A stretch of 64,000 nt of DNA. Source: Gammaproteobacteria bacterium (GTDB lineage Bacteria > Pseudomonadota > Gammaproteobacteria > Francisellales > Francisellaceae). This document shows, piece by piece, positions 26,011 to 34,207 of the stretch. The notes under the pieces were generated by a model that worked only from the letters and a program-made list of their open reading frames with translations, was not told where the DNA came from and did no database searches. Positions within the stretch are counted from its first letter, which is position 1. Every line of letters begins with the position of its first letter. Made by a program: the position numbers and the translations under genes. Location: positions 9,880 through 73,879 of the forward strand of contig CAUZSH010000001.1 in NCBI GenBank assembly GCA_963582935.1, in the 5' to 3' direction.

Positions 26011-26280
26011 TTATATTTTATCTTTAAAAAAATCGATATAAGCCTGCATCGCGTCTTCTTCTGACATCCCTTTACAACGCTCCCAAGCCATATATTTAGC
26101 CCGTGCCACAAAGTTTGCCATGCCCGGTTTTTCACCTGCCACATCGCCTTCATTGATTTGTTTAAACCATGCATACATTTTAAGCTTATCTTGTTGTGAA
26201 GGGCGATAGGTCATCTCCGCACTTTCAATTTCTGCTAATATTTCTTCATATTGTTCTTTTACAGCCATTTTTTTCTCCAA
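26011..26280 (-). CDS. Acyl-CoA-binding protein (ACBP/DBI family)
   Basis: 89 aa. PSQQDKLKMYAWFKQINEGDV...KPGM...ARAKYMAWERCKGMSEEDAMQAYIDF matches the four-helix ACBP signature (YxxYKQAtxGD...KWxAW). Confidence 0.85.
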   Translation of the reverse strand: MEKKMAVKEQYEEILAEIESAEMTYRPSQQDKLKMYAWFKQINEGDVAGEKPGMANFVARAKYMAWERCKGMSEEDAMQAYIDFFKDKI

Positions 26281-26302
26281 GTAGTGATTGTTGACAATAA
26301 TT

Positions 26303-28132
26303 TTATAGCGGTTTCAAAAATCCAGCAACCCTATCATAAAGGATATGCACCTCCTCTGGCACGAGCTTGCCAAAATTCAAAAAGGCATGGATCATATTAT
26401 CAAAATGATAATGACTAACAACAACTCCTTTCTCCGTTAAGGCTTCGGCATAAGCAATTCCCTCATCTCGTAAAGGATCAAACCCTGCTGTCATGATAAA
26501 TGTCGCGGGTAACTTATCTAAATCGTTTGAAAAAAGTGGTGACACACTGGGATCTTTAAAATCCATCCCTTTCGGTAAAAATTGATCTCGACACCATTCA
26601 ACCTTATCTGCATCCAGTAAATACCCTTGAGAAAACAGCTCCATCGATTCATAATCATGGGTAAAGTCCACTGTCGGATATAGCAAAACTTGCGCCGCAA
26701 TCGTGACATCTGAATCATTAACCGCTCTTAATGTTGCAAGTGCCGCATAATTTGCACCTGAGCTATCTCCCATTACCACCAACTTTTCAGCCGTTGCTTT
26801 CAAGTCTTTTGCATTATGATAAGTCCATTTCAGCACCTCATAGGCATCGTCTAGCCCATCTGGGCAAGGATGCTCAGGCGCAAGTCGATAGTCCACAGAG
26901 ATTACCACACGCTGGCAAGCAATTGCTAGCTCTCGGCATGGCACATCAAAGGAATCTAGTGTTCCAGAAACAAAACCACCACCATGCACATATACCATGA
27001 TGGGCAAAATCATGGAAGGATCTGGATGATATAACCGAAGATGAATGTCCCGACCATTTACTTTGATTGAAAATTCTTTAACACTCGCCACATCAATGGG
27101 GTCTTCTGCATAGTAATTAAGAGATGTTGCACTTTTGCGCACCGACTCAAGCGTTTCAACACCTGACGTGGATTTATACTTGTTAATGAAGCCCAAGAAG
27201 TCTTGGAGTTTCTTAGGAATGGGTTGATTTCCTTTGTAAAAACTAATCTGCGGTTTTGGCTTATCTGTGCCAACCTTTCTAGCTTGTGGCGCTTGCCGAA
27301 CAATCACATTCACCCATGCCTTTTGGTCTGCTGAAAGCATTTCTGGCAATAGGTTTAAGGAAGCACTCAAGCTATTTCTAACCCTTGAAACTTCAGCATA
27401 TTCTTTTAAGTCACTCAAAATCCATTCACAAATAGACAGTGCCTTAGCGTGGTTTTCATGTCGAATTTCAATCACACAATCAACATTGGGTGTTTTGAGA
27501 TCCCAAGGCACGTAATCCACAATAAAATTACAGGGCAAGTAATGTAAACCCGCTTCTCTTGCCAAAGAATATTCAGGATAAGCCGTCATTCCCATCACGC
27601 TTCCACCCATATTTTGAAAGCATTTCGCATCCGCCATGGTTGGAAACTGAGGACCTTCTACACAAACATATATTTGTGAAAAATGTATTTTAAAATCAAA
27701 CTTACTTTTCTTTGACTTTAAAATTTCCGCTGCTTTCTCACAAATGGGGTGGGTCAGTGAAACATAGCCTTGCAAATTATCATCACAAAAAGTCGCATTT
27801 CTAGAGGTTTTTGTCCGATCAATATATTGGTAAGGTACCACCATATCACCCGGTTTAAAATCTTCGTTCAGGCTGCGAACAGATGACAGCGCTAAAATAG
27901 ACGTCGCACCATGTTTTTTAAGTGCGTAAATATTCGCTCGGTAATTTATTTTTGAAAGCAATAAATGTTGCTCTCGACCAGTACGGCACAAGAAAAGTGC
28001 CTCATGCCCATTTACTTTGACTCTTTGTAGTCCATCAGAACAAAGTCCAAAGGGAGTCTCTCTTGGTAAATCTTCTATTACCTCAAATTCGTCAAAGGAT
28101 TCAAACCCACTACTACCGATTATTGCCCACAT
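26303..28132 (-). CDS. Fusion protein: N-terminal MTAP-like purine nucleoside phosphorylase domain plus C-terminal family IV (HSL-type) alpha/beta-hydrolase esterase
   Basis: 609 aa. The N-terminal half aligns by eye to MTAP/MtnP (AIIGSSG, ETPFG, INYRANIYALK, KPGDMVVPYQYIDRT, VEGPQFPT, GMTAYPEYSLAREAG). The C-terminal half has HGGGF, the nucleophile elbow GDSSG, DPLRDE and a distal His (MIHAF). Confidence 0.85.
   Translation of the reverse strand: MWAIIGSSGFESFDEFEVIEDLPRETPFGLCSDGLQRVKVNGHEALFLCRTGREQHLLLSKINYRANIYALKKHGATSILALSSVRSLNEDFKPGDMVVPYQYIDRTKTSRNATFCDDNLQGYVSLTHPICEKAAEILKSKKSKFDFKIHFSQIYVCVEGPQFPTMADAKCFQNMGGSVMGMTAYPEYSLAREAGLHYLPCNFIVDYVPWDLKTPNVDCVIEIRHENHAKALSICEWILSDLKEYAEVSRVRNSLSASLNLLPEMLSADQKAWVNVIVRQAPQARKVGTDKPKPQISFYKGNQPIPKKLQDFLGFINKYKSTSGVETLESVRKSATSLNYYAEDPIDVASVKEFSIKVNGRDIHLRLYHPDPSMILPIMVYVHGGGFVSGTLDSFDVPCRELAIACQRVVISVDYRLAPEHPCPDGLDDAYEVLKWTYHNAKDLKATAEKLVVMGDSSGANYAALATLRAVNDSDVTIAAQVLLYPTVDFTHDYESMELFSQGYLLDADKVEWCRDQFLPKGMDFKDPSVSPLFSNDLDKLPATFIMTAGFDPLRDEGIAYAEALTEKGVVVSHYHFDNMIHAFLNFGKLVPEEVHILYDRVAGFLKPL
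26306..27115 (-). other. HSL-family esterase domain of the fusion protein (aa about 340-609)
   Basis: HGGGF at aa 383-387, GDSSG at 455-459, DPLRD at 552-556, His 582. Confidence 0.65.
27398..28132 (-). other. MTAP-like PNP domain of the fusion protein (aa 1-245)
   Basis: Domain boundaries were estimated by eye from motif positions. Confidence 0.6.
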
Positions 28133-28231
28133 AAAAATTCCAGAGTATCATCACAAGCTTTTGTAATTAAAGCCCCTTTGGTGTGTCAATGCAAGCTGTA
28201 AATTGGGCATTATTAAAAAATATGTATCTGC

Positions 28232-29029
28232 TTAATTCAATAAAACAGTTGGACGTTGCTTCGCTTTTCTCAGATTACTTAAGTAACTGTTATCTGGAAA
28301 GTTTTCTTTTAGAACAGCCGTGGAAGAGACTGCCATATCGGGAAGGTTTAATATCTTATATGATCTGATCATTAACACCAAAGCACCCTCTACGGCTTCA
28401 GAGCGAGGATATTGCTCAACAATGGTCTTTGCGCGGTTAATGGCACCAACATAGGCTGCATGTTCAAAGTTATATTTTGCGATATTATACTCATACTGAC
28501 CAATCGTATTATTTAGATAAATCATACGTCTACGAGCATCGCTGACATAATTTGCGTCTGGCTCGAGCTGAACCGCACGCTTTAACTCAAAAAATGCTTT
28601 TTTATAGTTTGATGGATCATGATGAGACATTTCGTAAGGCAATCTACGTTGCAAGAAACCACGCCCATTATCAAAGTGCACCACGCCCATCATGTAATAA
28701 GCATACCCCACATCTTTATTAGAGGGGTAAAGCTTAATAAACTGACTCGCAGTCGCAATCACCATCGCAGGTTCTGCTTTTTGATAATAAGAATAGATCA
28801 GATCAAGCGTTCCTAATTGGCTATAATGCTCAAAAGGGTATTGAGCATTCAAGGATTTCAGCGCTTTAATCGCACTGGTATAATCCCCTTCCTTCATATA
28901 ATTATGACCAATCGCATAGATATATTCAGCACTATCTCCCTGATATGGAAGAATATTTTCATCTGAAGCACACCCTGAAAACAATAAAACACTCAATAAA
29001 AGAACTGTACCCGCCAATATTTTTTTCAT
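28232..29029 (-). CDS. bamD: Outer membrane protein assembly factor BamD
   Basis: 265-aa lipoprotein (lipobox LFSGC) with TPR-like repeats. It is divergent from rluD, as in E. coli. Confidence 0.9.
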   Translation of the reverse strand: MKKILAGTVLLLSVLLFSGCASDENILPYQGDSAEYIYAIGHNYMKEGDYTSAIKALKSLNAQYPFEHYSQLGTLDLIYSYYQKAEPAMVIATASQFIKLYPSNKDVGYAYYMMGVVHFDNGRGFLQRRLPYEMSHHDPSNYKKAFFELKRAVQLEPDANYVSDARRRMIYLNNTIGQYEYNIAKYNFEHAAYVGAINRAKTIVEQYPRSEAVEGALVLMIRSYKILNLPDMAVSSTAVLKENFPDNSYLSNLRKAKQRPTVLLN

Positions 29030-29116
29030 TCATTTACCCTTTTTAACCAATTACTTGTGTCGTTTTTTTGTTTACACTATAGCAATATAAAATCACAAAG
29101 ACGACGGAGTCTTGAA

Positions 29117-30145
29117 TTGAGCCATCATAAAACATTTGAGAGCATACAGCAAAGCGTTATTGTCGAAGAGTCGTCTGCTGGGAAACGTCTTGATCAAATA
29201 CTGGCTGAGATGTTCCCTGATTACTCACGATCTCAACTACAAAAATGGCTAAAGCAAGAAAAAATAACTGTTGATGGTGCACTGATAAAGGGCAAACAAA
29301 AACTGATCGGTGGCGAGACTATCCGAATAGATCTTGAGATTGAATCGCAAACAGGATGGACTGCCGAAGATATTCCACTCACAATCGTTTATGAAGATGA
29401 TACTGTGATTGTCATCAATAAACCCGTTGGGATGGTCGTACATCCTGGTGCTGGCAATACTTCTGGCACATTGTCCAATGCATTACTACACCACTTCCCA
29501 GATATTGAGAGTGTCCCTCGTGCAGGCATTGTTCATCGCCTAGACAAAGATACTTCTGGACTATTAGTTGCCGCAAAAACGCTCAAAGCCCATACATCAC
29601 TGGTAGAACAACTGCAAAACCGTACCGTTACCCGAGAATATGAAGCCATTACCACAGGCGTCATCACAGCAGGTAGCACTATTAATCAGCCTATTGGTCG
29701 AAACCCCCACCATAGAACCCGCATGGCAGTAAGCGAATTTGGTAAACCTGCCATCACGCACTTTAATGTCCTTGAGAAATATCGAGGACATACTCGCATT
29801 CGCTGCAAACTTGAAACGGGTCGAACACACCAGATTAGAGTGCACATGCAATTTTTAAATGCACCACTTTTGGGTGATCAAACTTATAATGTTCGTTTAA
29901 GAATACCAAATGGTGCTGATCAAGCACTCATTGATGCACTTCGTCAATTTAAACGCCAAGCACTTCATGCCTATAAGCTCGCTTTTATCCACCCTGAAAC
30001 GGGTAAAGAGGTTTCATTCACGGCCAAACCACCAGAAGATATGCAGCAACTTATTGCAATCCTTCGACAAGATGTCCGTTCACTTTATAATCTTGATGAA
30101 GATGACGATGAAGGTGAAAATTTCGAGCATAATATTGACTGGTAG
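29117..30145 (+). CDS. rluD: 23S rRNA pseudouridine synthase D
   Basis: S4 domain (GKRLDQILAEMFPDYSRSQLQKWL) and catalytic motif HRLDKDTSGLLV. A TTG at 29117, preceded by GGAG 7 nt upstream, is preferred over the longer tracked ORF starting at 29057. The acidic C-terminal tail is unusual. Confidence 0.9.
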   Translation: MSHHKTFESIQQSVIVEESSAGKRLDQILAEMFPDYSRSQLQKWLKQEKITVDGALIKGKQKLIGGETIRIDLEIESQTGWTAEDIPLTIVYEDDTVIVINKPVGMVVHPGAGNTSGTLSNALLHHFPDIESVPRAGIVHRLDKDTSGLLVAAKTLKAHTSLVEQLQNRTVTREYEAITTGVITAGSTINQPIGRNPHHRTRMAVSEFGKPAITHFNVLEKYRGHTRIRCKLETGRTHQIRVHMQFLNAPLLGDQTYNVRLRIPNGADQALIDALRQFKRQALHAYKLAFIHPETGKEVSFTAKPPEDMQQLIAILRQDVRSLYNLDEDDDEGENFEHNIDW

Positions 30146-30300
30146 CGCCATATACATAGTCCAGTTCAAAATGCCGAATTTATATAGCGGTATTTTTTAT
30201 TTGGTTAAATCGAGGTTTTGCTTGCCATACTTATTGATATGGTTAAAAAGACAAGGACTAGAAATCGGTAGTTTGGCTTGGGTTATGTATATAACGGGCA

Positions 30301-30327
30301 TAAAAAAGCCTTGCTTTAACAAGGCTT
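30301..30327 (-). terminator. Rho-independent terminator after the chitinase gene
   Basis: Stem aagccttg/caaggctt with a 6-nt loop. On the minus strand it is followed by a T6 run, 30 nt after the stop codon. Confidence 0.8.
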
Positions 30328-30356
30328 AATATATTTAAAAACATTCCTTACTTGAA

Positions 30357-33300
30357 TTAATATGACTTCATCTGATCACAATATTTAGGCATATTACCAT
30401 TATCATCAAGCTGGGCATTGCTCAGCCCAAAGCTTTGACCGATGGCATTGTAGAAACCAATGCGATCCTCGACTTTCCCATTGGTAGGCTGATTACATTC
30501 CAAACCACCATTAATGATATTAATCGTTGATCCCATACCGAATTGTCGACCATCTTGAATCCCATCTTCGTATAAACGTTGCTCTTCTGCATTTGAAGAA
30601 GCAAGTGTTGACCCAAACCCTGCGCCAAGCCCCATAATTCCAGGATTTCCTGTCATCATGAAATGTGCAGAAGGTTTGTTATACTGAGGCTTCATCCAAA
30701 ACCAGATGGCTGATGCCCATGCTACTTCAGAATCTTCCACCACTCTATCAGGGTTTGCAAGTAACACATTCGCATCATTAAAGTAATACTCACTAAATGG
30801 GCCGTAATTATAGTTATAGCTTAGCTGCATTGGACCACGACCATAGTAACCTTGACCTTCAACTGGCTTATACGGGGCAAGGTCTGGGTTAGTCGCACTA
30901 TAGGTCGAATATGCACAAACTGCTGGAGTACAGTTCACCTCATAAGTGAAATATAAACCCCAAGCCTCACGCCCACCTGGAGCCGTATCCCATCCACCCG
31001 TTGTTTCATGGGCTGTATTTGCCAAGAAAGCCGCAAGCTCACGTTTTTTATCGAGCTCACTGCCAACCGATGCGAAGCTAGGAAAACGTTTTGCCGCTTC
31101 GACTAATCCCGCATAAGTATAGGTTTGATGGGTTGCTGCACCCCCCTCATTCCGATTAGGAAATAGTGCTTCAAATTGTGCCTGAGTAAACAAGCTATCT
31201 AGGCTTGACTCCGCGACAGTTTCTCCAGTTACAGTTTCTCCAGTTACAGTTTCTCCAGTTACAGTTTCTCCAGTTACAGTTTCTCCAGTTACAGTTTCTC
31301 CAGTTCCAGTTTCTCCAGTTCCAGTTTCTTCAGTTCCAGTTTCTTCAGTTCCAGTTTCTTCAGTTCCAGCACCATTATTTGATTTTTCTTGAATCCATGC
31401 ATCAGCATGTGGATCAGGTAAATTATTTACCCCAAGATAGAACGTTTCAATCAATGATGGAAATGACGCTCCCTTCGGTGCATCGCCATCAAAACTCCAG
31501 AACATACCACCACCAAGATTATATTGGAGCACATATTCTGCTTTTGTTTGAATGGTTTCAGCGTCATCATACGTCATAAATATCTTAGTTTCAGGATTAT
31601 AATAATATGATTCTACGTGTTGACCCTGAGCATTATGATCAATTCTCGTATATTTTAATGCCTCATACCCCTGACAAGCACTCAACTTTGCTGTTGCAAA
31701 TGGTAAGCCCATTAAGCAATTATAAGAGATCGTGCCAGCCTCATACTCTCCAGGCATTGCTGTGCCAGATACCTGGAATAAACCATTATTATTGGTTGAG
31801 ACTTCTGCCCAACCTCTCGCATATAAAGGCATACCTACAACAATCTGATGGCTTGGAACACCTTTTGAAAGCAGATATTGTACAGCAGAATCTGTATTCC
31901 ACTGCCCTTCATTTTCTGCAAAATCTGGATCTGCATGATCTTGATGATCATACAATGCAGATTGGTGTCCCGTATCATTATCGAATGCGCCATCAAAATC
32001 ATAAGTCATTAAGTTAATCCAGTCTAAATGCTTATAGATCTCTTCATAACTTAACAAAGCCATATTTTGAGGTGCTGCCGATACTGCAGCAGTTAAGAAA
32101 TATTGTTTACCATCTTCTACACCAGCCTGACTAAGCGCCACTTTTAACTCAGCGATCAAATTCAAAAAATCAATCGCCTCTTGAGGCCTCTTCTCTGTAT
32201 AGCTAAATTGCGGGCCTAATACTGGAAACTCCCAATCTAAATCCAATCCATTAAAGCCATATTTCTTCATTGCACCAATTGATGATGCAATAAATACTGC
32301 TCGCTTAGCAGGGTCTGCAGCCATAATTGGGAAGTTCGTTGACTTAGTCCAGCCACCAATTGACATAAACAGATTGATATCTTTGTTCAAGTGTAATGCG
32401 GCTAATTCTTTCAACTGATTCAAACGGTGAAAATTACCAAAATATTCAGGTGCTACTTCTCCTTCTGGATAATGCCATTTATCTGCTGGGAACGTGACTT
32501 GCACATCGCCCCATATTGCAGTTGCTTCTCCAAAGCGTTTATCAAAGTCAGCATAACCATCTAGGTATTCGACTTCTCCCGTTGCTTTTAATCCCAAGAA
32601 GGCATAATAAATATCATCAACCAAATCCACTGGAATATCAGTGACATTGTAATTACGTCCATAAATACCCCACTCAGCGAAGTATGCCCCTACGCGTTTT
32701 GTGTCACTTGTCGCAATCATTTCAAAGTTTAGGATATAGTTATTTGTCATATCATTAACGAGAACAGCTTGACCATGATCTTCCGATTTTAATTGATAAC
32801 GATTACCTTCTTCATCATAAAATGCCACTTCAAAAACATGGTAATCACCAGAGGGTAATTCAACAGCATTATTACCATTGGTAACCACCCTTATTAAATT
32901 ATCACTACCTTCTGATCTGAAGTGTAAGCTAACAGAAATACCTTCAGGCAAGCCGCCTACAGCAAGGTTAATTGAGTTATTCTCAACCACAGGATCAACC
33001 ACAGGATCAACCACAGGATCAACCACAGGATCAACCACAGGATCAACCACAGGATCAACCACAGGATCAACCACAGGATCAACCACAGGATCAATCACAG
33101 GATCAACCACAGGATCAACCACAGGATCAACTTGATCATCAATAACACCTAGATTTGTCCAAGCATCACTGCTTGCCCAACCTTCTGGGTTATAAGCATC
33201 ACCTCCTTGAGAGCACCACCCTGCAACTTTACATTCATACAGCACACCATTTAAAGCGACCTGATCACCAACGCTATAAGTGGCACTTTCAGAATAAGAA

Positions 33301-33713
33301 AGATAGTCTCCTTCAGGGATGACAGGATTAGAGTCATCACTTTCATTATCTGAACCAGCGTCTGAGCCAGAATCAGGATTACCTTCAACCAATTCCCAGA
33401 CCGCCACATCCGATGCAGGTTCGTCTCCCTTTGTCCACCATTTTGCCTTATACGTAGCGCCATCGTGAATGACTAAATCACCACCACTATACCCTTTAGA
33501 AGAAGTCCAATCCTGACTATCCGATAAGAGCTTCCAAGCATCATTATTTGAAGGAACGTCACCTTGTGTCCACCATTGAGCCTCATAAATTTGGCTATTA
33601 TAATCAACTTGTTCGCCTCCAACATAAACAGCACTTGAATCAAACTCTGCAGCCAATGCATAATTACAAAGTGCAGCAGTTACAATGGCCAAGCATATAG
33701 TTTTCTTTCTCAT
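30357..33713 (-). CDS. Secreted multidomain chitinase: signal peptide, 3x CBM5/12, (DPVV)12 linker, unknown beta module, GH18, TGET-type linker, GH19
   Basis: 1118 aa. The GH18 catalytic motif is FNGLDLDWEFP (Glu495), with SIGGW, MTYDFDG and GGGMFWSFDGD. GH19 motifs are AAFLANTAHETTGGW, YYGRGPMQLSYNYNYG and AIWFWM. The CBM5/12-like modules carry YEAQWWTQGD, YKAKWWTKGD and YECKVAGWCSQGG. Confidence 0.92.
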   Translation of the reverse strand: MRKKTICLAIVTAALCNYALAAEFDSSAVYVGGEQVDYNSQIYEAQWWTQGDVPSNNDAWKLLSDSQDWTSSKGYSGGDLVIHDGATYKAKWWTKGDEPASDVAVWELVEGNPDSGSDAGSDNESDDSNPVIPEGDYLSYSESATYSVGDQVALNGVLYECKVAGWCSQGGDAYNPEGWASSDAWTNLGVIDDQVDPVVDPVVDPVIDPVVDPVVDPVVDPVVDPVVDPVVDPVVDPVVDPVVENNSINLAVGGLPEGISVSLHFRSEGSDNLIRVVTNGNNAVELPSGDYHVFEVAFYDEEGNRYQLKSEDHGQAVLVNDMTNNYILNFEMIATSDTKRVGAYFAEWGIYGRNYNVTDIPVDLVDDIYYAFLGLKATGEVEYLDGYADFDKRFGEATAIWGDVQVTFPADKWHYPEGEVAPEYFGNFHRLNQLKELAALHLNKDINLFMSIGGWTKSTNFPIMAADPAKRAVFIASSIGAMKKYGFNGLDLDWEFPVLGPQFSYTEKRPQEAIDFLNLIAELKVALSQAGVEDGKQYFLTAAVSAAPQNMALLSYEEIYKHLDWINLMTYDFDGAFDNDTGHQSALYDHQDHADPDFAENEGQWNTDSAVQYLLSKGVPSHQIVVGMPLYARGWAEVSTNNNGLFQVSGTAMPGEYEAGTISYNCLMGLPFATAKLSACQGYEALKYTRIDHNAQGQHVESYYYNPETKIFMTYDDAETIQTKAEYVLQYNLGGGMFWSFDGDAPKGASFPSLIETFYLGVNNLPDPHADAWIQEKSNNGAGTEETGTEETGTEETGTGETGTGETVTGETVTGETVTGETVTGETVTGETVAESSLDSLFTQAQFEALFPNRNEGGAATHQTYTYAGLVEAAKRFPSFASVGSELDKKRELAAFLANTAHETTGGWDTAPGGREAWGLYFTYEVNCTPAVCAYSTYSATNPDLAPYKPVEGQGYYGRGPMQLSYNYNYGPFSEYYFNDANVLLANPDRVVEDSEVAWASAIWFWMKPQYNKPSAHFMMTGNPGIMGLGAGFGSTLASSNAEEQRLYEDGIQDGRQFGMGSTINIINGGLECNQPTNGKVEDRIGFYNAIGQSFGLSNAQLDDNGNMPKYCDQMKSY
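30360..31202 (-). other. GH19 catalytic domain (aa about 838-1118)
   Basis: HETTGG general-acid Glu region and the GRGPMQLSYNYNYG signature. Confidence 0.85.
31217..31368. repeat. 15-bp tandem repeat x about 10 (cagtttctccagtta/c), encoding (TGETV/TGETG/TEETG)n
   Basis: Three sub-variants occur in blocks: gttacagtttctcca, gttccagtttctcca and gttccagtttcttca. Confidence 0.95.
31479..32702 (-). other. GH18 catalytic domain (aa about 338-745)
   Basis: The DxxDxDxE motif ends at Glu495 (codon at 32229-32231). TIM-barrel landmarks are listed under the CDS entry. Confidence 0.85.
32985..33131. repeat. 12-bp tandem repeat x12 (ggatcaaccaca), encoding (DPVV)12
   Basis: The units are nucleotide-identical except for one C-to-T variant (Val to Ile). 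Confidence 0.95.
33144..33650 (-). other. Three CBM5/12-like chitin-binding modules (aa 22-190)
   Basis: Three repeated segments of about 45 aa with conserved aromatic pairs, separated by an acidic Ser/Asp linker. Confidence 0.7.
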
Positions 33714-34207
33714 ATTAAGTTACCTACTATTATTACAATAAAAATCCATTAAATTTCTTTTATACCCAAACAATACAAAACGCACATAATTATCTTTAAA
33801 ATTATATTATTATTTCTTTTGATCAATAGTCGATCTCTTTTTACAATGTGAGAAGTTACTCACATGGCATATACAAACAGACATATCAAAATTATTTAAA
33901 CTTACGGCATAATGAATATTTTTTTGAGTTGCTATAATTAAAACCTCCACTGTTTTAGACGCCAATCATTCCTTTAACTAACACAGAAACTATAACAGCC
34001 AGGCACTCTTGTAGATACAAGCTATCTCTTTAATGGATGGCACCTTTCTCTTTATTTTCTTAAGACAACAGCCAGGCAACACCGGAGATTAACCGACCAA
34101 TCTCTGAATACAGTCAATGCTTTAATCCTCTGCTAGATTTAAATTTTTACATTAAATCAATGCTGATGTATAATTATAGGCAATCTTCACCTAGACAAAT
34201 CTCATCT

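Noticed and set aside
32985-33131. A regular 12-bp periodic repeat that could superficially suggest a CRISPR-like array.
   Set aside because: The units are contiguous with no spacers and are far shorter than CRISPR repeats. They also lie in frame inside a CDS, and no cas genes are present.
31205-33135. Plus-strand ORFs 31205-31579 (FLQLQFLQLQ... repeats) and 32878-33135 (TGSTTGSTTGS... repeats).
   Set aside because: They are antisense shadows of the two tandem-repeat linkers inside the minus-strand chitinase gene. The chitinase frame has strong domain support; these ORFs have none.
33846-33865. The palindrome upstream of the chitinase, considered as a canonical CRP site.
   Set aside because: The TGTGA and TCACA pentamers are separated by 8 nt rather than the canonical 6. 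I keep it only as a generic operator candidate, not as a CRP call.
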